Source of the DNA: Microcystis aeruginosa NIES-843
GTDB taxonomy: Bacteria > Cyanobacteriota > Cyanobacteriia > Cyanobacteriales > Microcystaceae
Assembly: GCF_000010625.1 (NCBI RefSeq)
Contig: NC_010296.1
Span: 3,150,001-3,182,000 of the forward strand
Direction of reading: 5' to 3'
DNA length: 32,000 bases
Below, in pieces: positions 1 to 6,761 of the stretch. Within the stretch, counting starts at the first letter, position 1, and every line of letters begins with the position of its first letter. The notes under the pieces are model-generated. The model was given only the letters and a program-made list of their open reading frames with translations. It did no database searches and was not told where the DNA came from. The position numbers were made by a program, and so were the translations under genes.

Positions 1-480
1 ATTTTGCTTAAACACCCAGTTCGAGACTGTTGCGAGTTCGTTTTCTCGATCGTAAAAATCAATAATTTGAGGAGCAAGGGTTAGATCATGATATTTTGAT
101 TCAGATTGAGAGTTATTATTACTATTTAAGTCATTTTCGTTAGACAATCTTGTATTTTCTGTAGGACAAAGATTATTATTATTGCCATTAATACTATAAA
201 TATTAGAATTTTTTAATGATTTAATATACACTCTTTCTAAGACAGAACGGGAAGTAGATTTTTTTATATCTTTTTCTAAAACCTCTGATAAAAGCTTCCA
301 TAATTTAGCACCTTCCTCTCTAATATGAGTCTCACTGCGGTGATATTCGTTACCTATTTCTTGATAACTCTGTCCTTGCCAACTCCCTTCAAAAATAGCC
401 TTCTGGATAGTATTTAGCGGCTTTTTATCTCGCTCAATAAGGCGTTCATCAATCAGTTGTAAGACTTCCGTGATATTCAT
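1..480 (-). CDS. STAND-type NTPase (NB-ARC/NACHT/AAA-like), N-terminal fragment with HTH-like leader domain; continues beyond window start
   Basis: Absent from the ORF track because it has no stop in the window. The reverse complement from ATG 480-478 is open for 160 codons to position 1: MNITEVLQLIDERLIERDKKPLNTIQKAIFEGSWQGQSYQEIGNEYHRSETHIREEGAKLWKLLSEVL...DFYDRENELATVSNWVFKQN. The QxxIFxxSWxGxSYxEI...KLWxxLS module followed by FYxRExEL is the N-terminal layout I recognise from cyanobacterial multidomain STAND ATPases. The P-loop would lie outside the window. Confidence 0.5.
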   Translation of the reverse strand, partial: MNITEVLQLIDERLIERDKKPLNTIQKAIFEGSWQGQSYQEIGNEYHRSETHIREEGAKLWKLLSEVLEKDIKKSTSRSVLERVYIKSLKNSNIYSINGNNNNLCPTENTRLSNENDLNSNNNSQSESKYHDLTLAPQIIDFYDRENELATVSNWVFKQN

Positions 481-726
481 ACAATCGACACAGCAAAAGA
501 CTTTTGGGTATTATAGCCCAACTAAATCCCACTTTTTCCAATTTTTAGAAAAATTTACCCGACAAAACTCCCGATAAAATCCGATGTTTAGGGATTGTCA
601 CTTTTTGGAAGCGTTTGGCATGATGGAATGTAGTTAAGCAAAACAGACCTAAAACTAACCATATCTAACTCAGCGACGCTAGTTCTAAGTATTATTGCTT
701 ATGTCTCAGTTTAACGTAGGTATTTT

Positions 727-912
727 ATGACGAAGTTCGTTTTAGACAAATATGCGCTCGATTCTAAAAAATCAGAAGCTAAGGCAAAAATCGTCGGTTC
801 ATTGGGTTCAAATGCCTCAATTTCAGGGGATCAGATAGAAGTACCCAGTTATGACGCGAGTAAAGTGGTTCAGATTTTAAGTCAAGTTGGTATCAAGTAT
901 TCGGGGGGTTAA
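727..912 (+). CDS. hypothetical small protein (61 aa)
   Basis: ORF only. No recognisable motif and no obvious SD. Lies between the STAND fragment and the GTPase gene. Confidence 0.25.
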   Translation: MTKFVLDKYALDSKKSEAKAKIVGSLGSNASISGDQIEVPSYDASKVVQILSQVGIKYSGG

Positions 913-947
913 TTTAGGCGACTGTTACCCTAACGCCTTATGTTTTT

Positions 948-1134
948 GGCTCTTCGGTTTGTGTTATGTAATAGACGGGAGTCATAAGGGATGAAAATCT
1001 TACAGAGAAAGACATTTTGCGATTTTTGTTAATCGTTTTTGATCTAGAACGAACTAATCAATTAAGTCTTTTGCCAGATAAAGATTTAGCCGATTTATGC
1101 CACCCGATCAAACCATACCAAGTAACGAAGAACC
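948..1134. mobile_element. MITE, copy 1 of a 187-188 bp family (second copy at 19683-19870)
   Basis: Hand alignment to 19683-19870 runs along the full length at roughly 80 percent identity. Terminal inverted repeats are GGCTCTTCGGT and ACGAAGAACC. A direct repeat TGTTTTT flanks it (941-947 and 1135-1141). No coding capacity. Confidence 0.7.
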
Positions 1135-1164
1135 TGTTTTTTGTACTAAATTTTTATCAATACT

Positions 1165-2157
1165 ATGTCATTCCAGCAATCAAACATATCTTCCGCCCAA
1201 GAAAAAGAAATCAGGGAACGCATTGATGCCGAGCGGAATAAACCTCTGGTTGTAGTCGTAATGGGACAAACTGGAGTCGGTAAGTCTTCCCTTATCAACG
1301 CCTTGTTTGGAACAAAGCTCAAGACCAATGACGTACAGCCAGAAACAAAGTCCCCAGAGAAGCATATTGAAAAAGGTTCTGATCACTCTGAGTTATGGTT
1401 CTGGGATATGCCTGGAATTGGGGAATCTTCTTCTGCTGATAGTGGATACTTGAATGACTATCGCCAAAAAATTCTGGAGGCAGATGTTGCTTTATGGCTT
1501 TGTCATGCAGACAGTCGCTCAGTAACGTTTGATGTTGAAGCGATACATAAAATTCTTGAGGGTTTAACAGATGGCGAGAAATCTCTGATTCTTAGTAAAC
1601 TCACTTTTGTTCTTAGTAAGGCTGATTTGATCACACCAGAGCCTTGGATTTTATATCGCTCAGGCAATGAAGTTGTATTTGATACAACTGAAAAAACTGA
1701 AAAATTACTGAATGCAAAAGCTGCATATTTCAAAGAAGCATTGCTAACACCGCATAGTAAAAATTTCGTTTCCAAAACATTTCATGATGGAACATTTCAG
1801 CTACGATTGTCACATTTAACTTATGACAAGAATTTTACCTATTATTCGGGAATAATGACTGTATCACATCTTAGAAAGTTACAAGAAGAGTATCCAAATT
1901 ATTCTGATGTATTTAAGAGACTCTATCACAACTCAGAAGTAATCTACTGCTCTTCTCGCTTCAAATATAATCTTGCAAAACTAATGCAAGTGATCGTTGA
2001 TAAGATTGGAGGCGGGGTTAGTATTCGGTTTCGGAAATTTATATCCGAAAATTCGATGAATCGGGTTTCTTGGGACAAGGCACGAACCTTTTCAAACTTA
2101 GTCGTCTTTGATTCAATTAAAGATGAAATAACTTTTGACTTATCAAAAGTCAAATAG
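1165..2157 (+). CDS. P-loop GTPase, COG3596 / YfjP-YeeP-YkfA-like (MMR_HSR1-type G domain)
   Basis: G1 is GQTGVGKSS, G3 is DMPGIGES and G4 is SKAD. The spacing and the WLCHADSR segment resemble the E. coli prophage GTPases YfjP/YeeP as I remember them. The C-terminal ~150 aa carry no recognisable motif. Confidence 0.8.
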   Translation: MSFQQSNISSAQEKEIRERIDAERNKPLVVVVMGQTGVGKSSLINALFGTKLKTNDVQPETKSPEKHIEKGSDHSELWFWDMPGIGESSSADSGYLNDYRQKILEADVALWLCHADSRSVTFDVEAIHKILEGLTDGEKSLILSKLTFVLSKADLITPEPWILYRSGNEVVFDTTEKTEKLLNAKAAYFKEALLTPHSKNFVSKTFHDGTFQLRLSHLTYDKNFTYYSGIMTVSHLRKLQEEYPNYSDVFKRLYHNSEVIYCSSRFKYNLAKLMQVIVDKIGGGVSIRFRKFISENSMNRVSWDKARTFSNLVVFDSIKDEITFDLSKVK

Positions 2158-2197
2158 TTACAAAAGTCACACTTACAAGACAATAGGAGTAAATTCA

Positions 2198-2389
2198 GTG
2201 GATAAGGAAGAAATTAAGCGTCGAATTAATCGTCGAATTGACAATGATGATCAGTATGCAGCTAATATATCAGCAGCATTGGATGCTGGAGATGAAGCGT
2301 GGTTATTGACATTAATTATAGAAGTAATTGGCGTAATTATTGAGATAGGAAGTTCTATTTTTAATTGGATTAAGCGTCAGTTTAGTTAA
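2198..2389 (+). CDS. small protein with hydrophobic/amphipathic C-terminal helix (63 aa from GTG 2198; 84 aa if ATG 2135)
   Basis: AGGAG at 2185-2189 lies 8 nt upstream of GTG 2198, in frame with track ORF 2135-2389. Charged N-terminus (VDKEEIKRRINRRIDNDD), C-terminus WLLTLIIEVIGVIIEIGSSIFNWI. Tightly linked to the GTPase gene. Confidence 0.45.
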   Translation: MDKEEIKRRINRRIDNDDQYAANISAALDAGDEAWLLTLIIEVIGVIIEIGSSIFNWIKRQFS

Positions 2390-2390
2390 T

Positions 2391-2457
2391 TGCGATCGCT
2401 TTTCTGATCGGGTGCATTATACTTTGTTAATGCACCTTATTTATTATTGTGTCTAAT
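2391..2457 (+). repeat. TA-island boundary repeat, copy A (short form, perfect hairpin, flipped loop)
   Basis: GCGATCGCTTTTCTGATCG, then GGTGCATTA-tactttgt-TAATGCACC (2411-2436), then TTATTTATTATTGTGTCTAAT. Matches copies B-F. Confidence 0.75.
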
Positions 2458-2459
2458 CT

Positions 2460-2795
2460 TTACAAAAACTCAATCTTTTTATACATATATTGAGGTTCTA
2501 AACATTCCCAAATTAAGACTAAATCACTGATAATTTTTCCAATTGGCTGACGTTGTTGGCGAGTGTAAATAATGCCACAATGTTCAATACCTGTAGAGGC
2601 CAAACTAAGAAAATCATCATCAAAAGTAAAAATGACTCGTTGTTGGGACAAAGCATAAGCTAGTTGTCTTTCATCAGATGCACCAATTAGACCCTCTTCT
2701 GGGGATGTTGTGACATCAACTCCCCGCATTCTCAAGCCGTTTGCAATAGCATTACTAACACTTTCATCCAGATGAAATTTAATCTTGACTGGCAT
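2460..2795 (-). CDS. DUF5615-family PIN-like putative toxin
   Basis: MPVKIKFHLDESV...VIFTFDDDF... matches the DUF5615 pattern and is paired with an upstream DUF433 gene. Likely start is ATG 2795; the track ORF extends to 2819. Confidence 0.65.
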   Translation of the reverse strand: MPVKIKFHLDESVSNAIANGLRMRGVDVTTSPEEGLIGASDERQLAYALSQQRVIFTFDDDFLSLASTGIEHCGIIYTRQQRQPIGKIISDLVLIWECLEPQYMYKKIEFL

Positions 2796-3102
2796 TTTCA
2801 CCCTGTAATATTTTCTCAATTAAAGATGGTTTGTTTCCTTGTAGTTGTTTAGCAAAAGTTTCTCCTGCTTCAATTTGTCGTCTAATTTCTTCTCGATTGT
2901 CATGGTAATAGGTCAAGGCCGCATAAACATCTGCTAGGGTAATAGTAGGATGGTGATAAATAATTTCATCTGGTGACATTCCCATTCTTTCATGCCAAAT
3001 TACAATATCTTGAACTTTAATTCGATGTCCAGCAATACGAGGTTTTCCGCCACAGATACCAGAAGTGATTTCAATATGTTGTGAGATAACTAAAGATGAC
3101 AT
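2779..3102 (-). CDS. DUF433-family putative antitoxin
   Basis: The CGGKPRIAGHRIKVQDIV motif is typical of DUF433. Overlaps the downstream DUF5615 gene. Confidence 0.8.
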   Translation of the reverse strand: MSSLVISQHIEITSGICGGKPRIAGHRIKVQDIVIWHERMGMSPDEIIYHHPTITLADVYAALTYYHDNREEIRRQIEAGETFAKQLQGNKPSLIEKILQGENASQD

Positions 3103-3169
3103 AATTACTTGCCAATAAGATCAATCAATCCTTGTTATTATACCATTTTTTCCCAGTAAGGCAACATCA

Positions 3170-3340
3170 GTGCGATCTCGAAGATATTCGCAAAGCAGCA
3201 CGCTGATTTTTTTAGGGTGCATTAACAAATTATAATGCGCCTTATTTGTTGTCTATTGATGAAGTGATCCAAAGACATTAATTCGAGGGATTGAGGTAAG
3301 GGCAGTTTGTTGGGTTGATTTTGCGTTAAAATTAAGTTAG
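3170..3340 (+). repeat. TA-island boundary repeat, copy B (long form)
   Basis: Hairpin GGTGCATTA-acaaatta-TAATGCGCC at 3216-3241. About 125 bp align to copy D at roughly 88 percent identity by hand. The left arm GTGCGATCTCGAAG...AGCAGCACGCT matches copy C. TAAAAT box at 3327-3332. Confidence 0.75.
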
Positions 3341-3354
3341 ATATGTCTTAATTG

Positions 3355-3612
3355 ATGAAACTTAGCAAGACAATGAATACTTCGACCACTTTTCAAGAAA
3401 TTGCCGCCGAAATACAATTATTTGATAATATTGAACAAAAAGAACAATTTATTTTTGTGGTGGGTGCTTTAGTTTCTCGCATCATCAGTCTTCATAAAGC
3501 CGCAGAAATCATGGAAATGGATACAGAAATGTTCTTGAAAATTTTAGAATTAATGGGAATCGATTTTTCTTATCTTACTACAGAAGACATAGATAGAGAA
3601 AAAAAATGGTAA
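3355..3612 (+). CDS. UPF0175-family putative antitoxin
   Basis: Small protein with a C-terminal HTH-like segment (AAEIMEMDTEMFLKILELMGI). Overlaps the following DUF3368 gene in the typical UPF0175/DUF3368 pairing. The track starts at TTG 3352; ATG is at 3355. Confidence 0.65.
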   Translation: MKLSKTMNTSTTFQEIAAEIQLFDNIEQKEQFIFVVGALVSRIISLHKAAEIMEMDTEMFLKILELMGIDFSYLTTEDIDREKKW

Positions 3613-4100
3613 TCTCTATGAAAATTGTTTTCAATTCTTCCCCTTTAATCTTTTTTTCTCAGTTAGGATTTTTAGAAAAATCCCTAGATTCTAATGATAA
3701 TTTTTATTTGCCTGCAACCGTACAACAAGAAATTAATGCCAAACAAGATCAATCTTCAGAGACTCTTAATAAGCTGATCAATCAACAGAAATTAATTATC
3801 CTAAATATTAAATTAATCTCTCTAGCAAATAGTTTAAATGAACGTTTAGGGAAAGGTGAATCTGATGCCATTACTTTAGGAATAGAATTACAAACTGATT
3901 ATATCATCCTTGATGACTTTGCAGCAAGAAAAGAAGCACTACACTTAGGTTTAAATGCTAAAGGAACTTTAGCGATTATTCGTAAACTTCTCAAAGAAGG
4001 AAAGATAGAAATTGAAAATTTGGAGAGTTTTTATCAAAGACTTAGAGAAATTAACTTTAGAGTCAAGCGTGAGATATTTGAGAGCATTTTTGGAGACTGA
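3606..4100 (+). CDS. DUF3368-family PIN-like putative toxin
   Basis: The N-terminal FNSSPLIFFSQLG and the D-containing LDDFAARKEA segment fit the DUF3368 PIN-like family. Alternative start at ATG 3618. Confidence 0.65.
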   Translation: MVISMKIVFNSSPLIFFSQLGFLEKSLDSNDNFYLPATVQQEINAKQDQSSETLNKLINQQKLIILNIKLISLANSLNERLGKGESDAITLGIELQTDYIILDDFAARKEALHLGLNAKGTLAIIRKLLKEGKIEIENLESFYQRLREINFRVKREIFESIFGD

Positions 4101-4190
4101 GTGTGATACTGAAGGCACTGCGTAGCAGCACGCTTATTTTATCGGGTGCATTAACAAAGCATAATGCGCCTTATTTCTTGTTATTGATGG
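4101..4190 (+). repeat. TA-island boundary repeat, copy C (short form)
   Basis: Hairpin GGTGCATTA-acaaagca-TAATGCGCC at 4145-4170. The following TTATTTCTTGTTATTGATGG is the 3' end (reverse strand) of CDS 4171-4350. Confidence 0.75.
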
Positions 4191-4350
4191 ATTCCCACCA
4201 TAACTTTAAATCACTTTCATTAATCTTTTTTTGAAGATATTCAATCTGATCTGAATAACTGAGATTTTTCATGTCTTCAGCCATTTTTTCTTGACTGGTT
4301 TGTTTAAAAGCTAAACAGTCAAAACTTTTTTTAATTGTCGTTGGCTTCAT
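4171..4350 (-). CDS. small protein (59 aa), likely partner of the upstream PIN gene
   Basis: ORF MKPTTIKKSFDCLAFKQTSQEKMAEDMKNLSYSDQIEYL...WWESINNKK. Its start overlaps the end of the PIN reading frame. I recall this protein type downstream of PIN genes, with low certainty. Confidence 0.4.
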   Translation of the reverse strand: MKPTTIKKSFDCLAFKQTSQEKMAEDMKNLSYSDQIEYLQKKINESDLKLWWESINNKK

Positions 4351-4783
4351 CAATTGTTACCTCTAAAGGAGAAATAATAGTCAAAATCCCGTAGCCATTG
4401 AGTAAATTAATTTGATTATAGCCTTTCATTTTATCTAGGCGCACAATATGTTTAAAATTCCATGATATGATTGCATCCGCTACATGATTAGCATCATTAA
4501 TAGACTTTGATGTAACAACTCATTCATTGATATAAGCATCCCTTAACTGTAAAACTTCAGGTGTTATCTTAACTACTTCAATAACTCTCTGCGGAATCGA
4601 TAATAAAATATCTTTAACCGATTGGGGAGCATTAATTAATTCGCTAACAATGATATCACTCATTAACAAAATAAACTTTTCTTGCTTAATGGCTTCCATC
4701 AATTGATTGGACTCTAAGGAAAATTCATCATCTAAACAGCCTGCAATGACTGATGTATCGATATAAACTCTAAGTTTTTTCAT
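4340..4783 (-). pseudogene. PIN-domain (VapC-like) toxin gene, disrupted
   Basis: N-terminus MKKLRVYIDTSVIAGCLDDEF (track ORF 4520-4783) stops at TGA 4522-4520. Read-through gives VVTSKSINDANHVADAIISWNFKHIV, the conserved D/H and WNFKH part of this PIN family. A 1-nt frame change near 4438-4441 is then needed to read LDKMKGYNQINLLNGYGILTIISPLEVTIDEANDN. Confidence 0.6.
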
Positions 4784-4826
4784 AAATGATAGAAAAAGTT
4801 TTCTGATCTTAGTTTAACATCAAAAG

Positions 4827-4940
4827 TGCGATCGCCGCTCTTTTAGAGTGGATTAAGGTAGTGTAATGCAGCTTATTGATAATAGAATTTTTGAAACCTA
4901 AAAGTCGAGGGCTTTAGTTTTAAGATTTATCAAGCTTAAA
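4827..4940 (+). repeat. TA-island boundary repeat, copy E (degenerate long form)
   Basis: GTGCGATCGCC...AGTGGATTAAGGTAGTGTAATGCAGCTTATTGATAATAG...AAAGTCGAGGGCTTTAG aligns loosely to copies B and D. The hairpin arms have decayed. Confidence 0.45.
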
Positions 4941-4991
4941 GTACAGTTAACATTAAGCTATAATAATCATTAGTCAACAACAGTTATTACT

Positions 4992-5240
4992 ATGTCTTTT
5001 GCAGCTAAATATCGAGATCGGATTGTGATTAACCCAGACATTCGCAGTGGCAAACCTTGCATTGTCAATACTCGTATTGCAGTAGCAGATATTTTTGATT
5101 ATCTAGGAGGAGGGATGACTATTGAAGAAATATTAGATGATTTCCCCGATCTTACCTTAGAAGATATACAAGCCTGTTTTGCATTTGCCGCCGAGCGGGA
5201 TCGTCGTTTAATGGTTATTCCCTATGAAACTGCTATTTGA
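4992..5240 (+). CDS. DUF433-family putative antitoxin
   Basis: RSGKPCIVNTRIAVADIFDYL motif. Overlaps the downstream DUF5615 gene. Confidence 0.8.
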   Translation: MSFAAKYRDRIVINPDIRSGKPCIVNTRIAVADIFDYLGGGMTIEEILDDFPDLTLEDIQACFAFAAERDRRLMVIPYETAI

Positions 5241-5556
5241 CGAAAACTTATCACCTAAACTACCTCTGTTACTGGTATCACATTTTCCCGATAGCGCTCA
5301 TGTTAGAGATTGTAGCCTAAAAGGGTTTCCCGATCAAAGGATTTGGGAATATGCGCGTATCAATGGATTTATAATTGTCTCGAAAGATGCTGATTTTTAT
5401 CAACGGAGTTTGTTGTATGGCCAACCTCCAAAGTTCATCTGGTTGAGGATTGGAAATTGTACCACTTATCATCTAATCAGTCTTATTTTAAAACATAAAC
5501 AAGCTATTAAGAGATTTAGCGATAATTCTACCGAGTCTGTTTTAGTAATTGCATAA
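5224..5556 (+). CDS. DUF5615-family PIN-like putative toxin
   Basis: MKLLFDENLSPKL...IIVSKDADF pattern typical of DUF5615. Paired with DUF433. Confidence 0.7.
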   Translation: MKLLFDENLSPKLPLLLVSHFPDSAHVRDCSLKGFPDQRIWEYARINGFIIVSKDADFYQRSLLYGQPPKFIWLRIGNCTTYHLISLILKHKQAIKRFSDNSTESVLVIA

Positions 5557-5569
5557 TCATATATTATCC

Positions 5570-5714
5570 TCAGCGATCGCTTTTCTGATCGGGTGCATTA
5601 ACAAAGTATAATGTGCCTTATTTATTGTCTATTGATGAAATGACCCAAAGACGTTAATTTAAAAGATTGAGGTAAGGCAGTTTGTTGGGTTGGTTTTGTG
5701 TTAAAATTAAGCTG
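5570..5714 (+). repeat. TA-island boundary repeat, copy D (long form)
   Basis: GCGATCGCTTTTCTGATCG plus hairpin GGTGCATTA-acaaagta-TAATGTGCC (5592-5617). The remainder aligns to copy B. TAAAAT box at 5702-5707. Confidence 0.75.
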
Positions 5715-5759
5715 GAGTAAATTCTAATCCCCGATTAAAATTTCAACGGAACAATCACC

Positions 5760-6023
5760 ATGAACTTTTATACCGTTATTCTGAGAAAAAGTGCAAATTA
5801 TTGGGTTTCATTATGTCTTGAAAATGGATTAGTTGGACAAGGAGAAACTCAGGAAAAAGCTATTGAGAAACTAAAAGAAGCGATTGAATCTTTTTGGGAG
5901 ATTTATCATGATCAAGCCAATATATATACCAGTCCTATTCCTATAGACGAACTTCATGAATTTTTAACTGTGGGAGATTCTGAAACTCCCGAAACTTACG
6001 AACTCAGAAAAGTTTATGCCTAA
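5760..6023 (+). CDS. hicB: HicB-like antitoxin (UPF0150 N-terminal domain type)
   Basis: YTVILRKSANYWVSLCLENGLVGQGETQEKAIEKLKEAI is the typical HicB N-domain pattern. Overlaps the downstream HicA-like gene. Confidence 0.7.
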   Translation: MNFYTVILRKSANYWVSLCLENGLVGQGETQEKAIEKLKEAIESFWEIYHDQANIYTSPIPIDELHEFLTVGDSETPETYELRKVYA

Positions 6024-6255
6024 AAATATTCCTTCTCTTAAACCCAAAGCACTAATCAAAATTCTTGAAAAAGGAGGCTGTCAATTTTATCGAGAAGGAA
6101 AAGGTGATCATCGTTTATATTGTAGAGTATTGTATAATCAACGTCGAATCGTTCCTATCGATATAGGTGCAAAAGAAATGTCCCCTGCTTATGTTTTACG
6201 AATTTTTAGACAATTTGGTTTTACAGATGAAGAAATAAAACATTTATTGAAATAG
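6016..6255 (+). CDS. hicA: HicA-like mRNA interferase toxin
   Basis: LKPKALIKILEKGGCQFYREGKGDHRLY fits the HicA/YcfA pattern (KxxxxIKxLxxxGxxxxRxxGSH-like). Confidence 0.7.
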   Translation: MPKNIPSLKPKALIKILEKGGCQFYREGKGDHRLYCRVLYNQRRIVPIDIGAKEMSPAYVLRIFRQFGFTDEEIKHLLK

Positions 6256-6355
6256 ATGATTGAATGCGTTTTTTTCAAACGAATAAATTATCTATTCTAG
6301 TACACTTTATCTTAATTTTATTTCCAAGAGCTAAAATAAAGTGATAGCTACTTTT

Positions 6356-6415
6356 TTAAGGTACATTAACACAAGAGTAAAACCCTCGATTGCTTGTTAT
6401 AAATTGATTTAATGA
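6356..6415 (+). repeat. TA-island boundary repeat, copy F (degenerate)
   Basis: AAGGTACATTAACACAAGAGTAAAACCCTCGATTGCTTGTTATAAATTGAT aligns loosely to GGTGCATTAACAAAGCATAATGCGCCTTATTTCTTGTTATTGAT of copy C. Confidence 0.4.
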
Positions 6416-6761
6416 TTAATTTTCACCCAGTCATCGTCGATAAATTAGCCTGCCTTAAAAACAGGTAAAGTGACTATCACCATTTTGCCTAATTTTTTCA
6501 CTCTGGTAATGAACTTTTGATTATGAAATGATCCAAATTTGAGGAGAATTTGCCATCTCAATTGTTAAGATTTCGTAACTATTCTGATTGACTGGTATCA
6601 CCTAAAATACCCATGCGGATCACAAAATTGTCCAATTGTCAACAGCTTTTGAGATGCTCTCACCCTGTAGAAAATCAAGAATATTTTTTAGGTGGAATAG
6701 GAAGATGAAATTTATCGGTAAACTAATAAATTATCATCACCTAAACCACTTTCTAGCCTAA

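Noticed and set aside
948-1134. The ~190-bp sequence shared upstream of the GTPase gene and the pentapeptide gene as a common regulatory leader, retron-like ncRNA, or shared N-terminal exon (MPPxxTIPSNEEP).
   Set aside because: Terminal inverted repeats plus flanking target-site duplications (8 bp perfect at copy 2) identify it as a MITE. No reverse transcriptase is nearby. The shared ATG is out of frame with the GTPase.
1017-1386. Track ORFs 1017-1226 (+), 1146-1328 (-) and 1180-1386 (-).
   Set aside because: The first reads through MITE sequence. The other two are antisense to the well-supported GTPase gene.
2460-5556. The two DUF433/DUF5615 pairs in inverted orientation as arms of an invertible segment.
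   Set aside because: The two pairs are highly diverged at the protein level (for example ITSGICGGKPRIAGHRIKVQDIV versus INPDIRSGKPCIVNTRIAVADIF). There is no long nucleotide identity to support homologous inversion.
2391-6415. The TA boundary repeats as bona fide integron attC sites (a CALIN or superintegron-like array).
   Set aside because: The hairpin arms do not fit the attC R''/R' core consensus (RYYYAAC / GTTRRRY). For example, the 7-mers are CATTAAC and GTTAATG. Cassettes are in mixed orientation relative to the repeat, and no intI-like gene is in the window. The array is kept as an unexplained cassette-like architecture, not as an integron.
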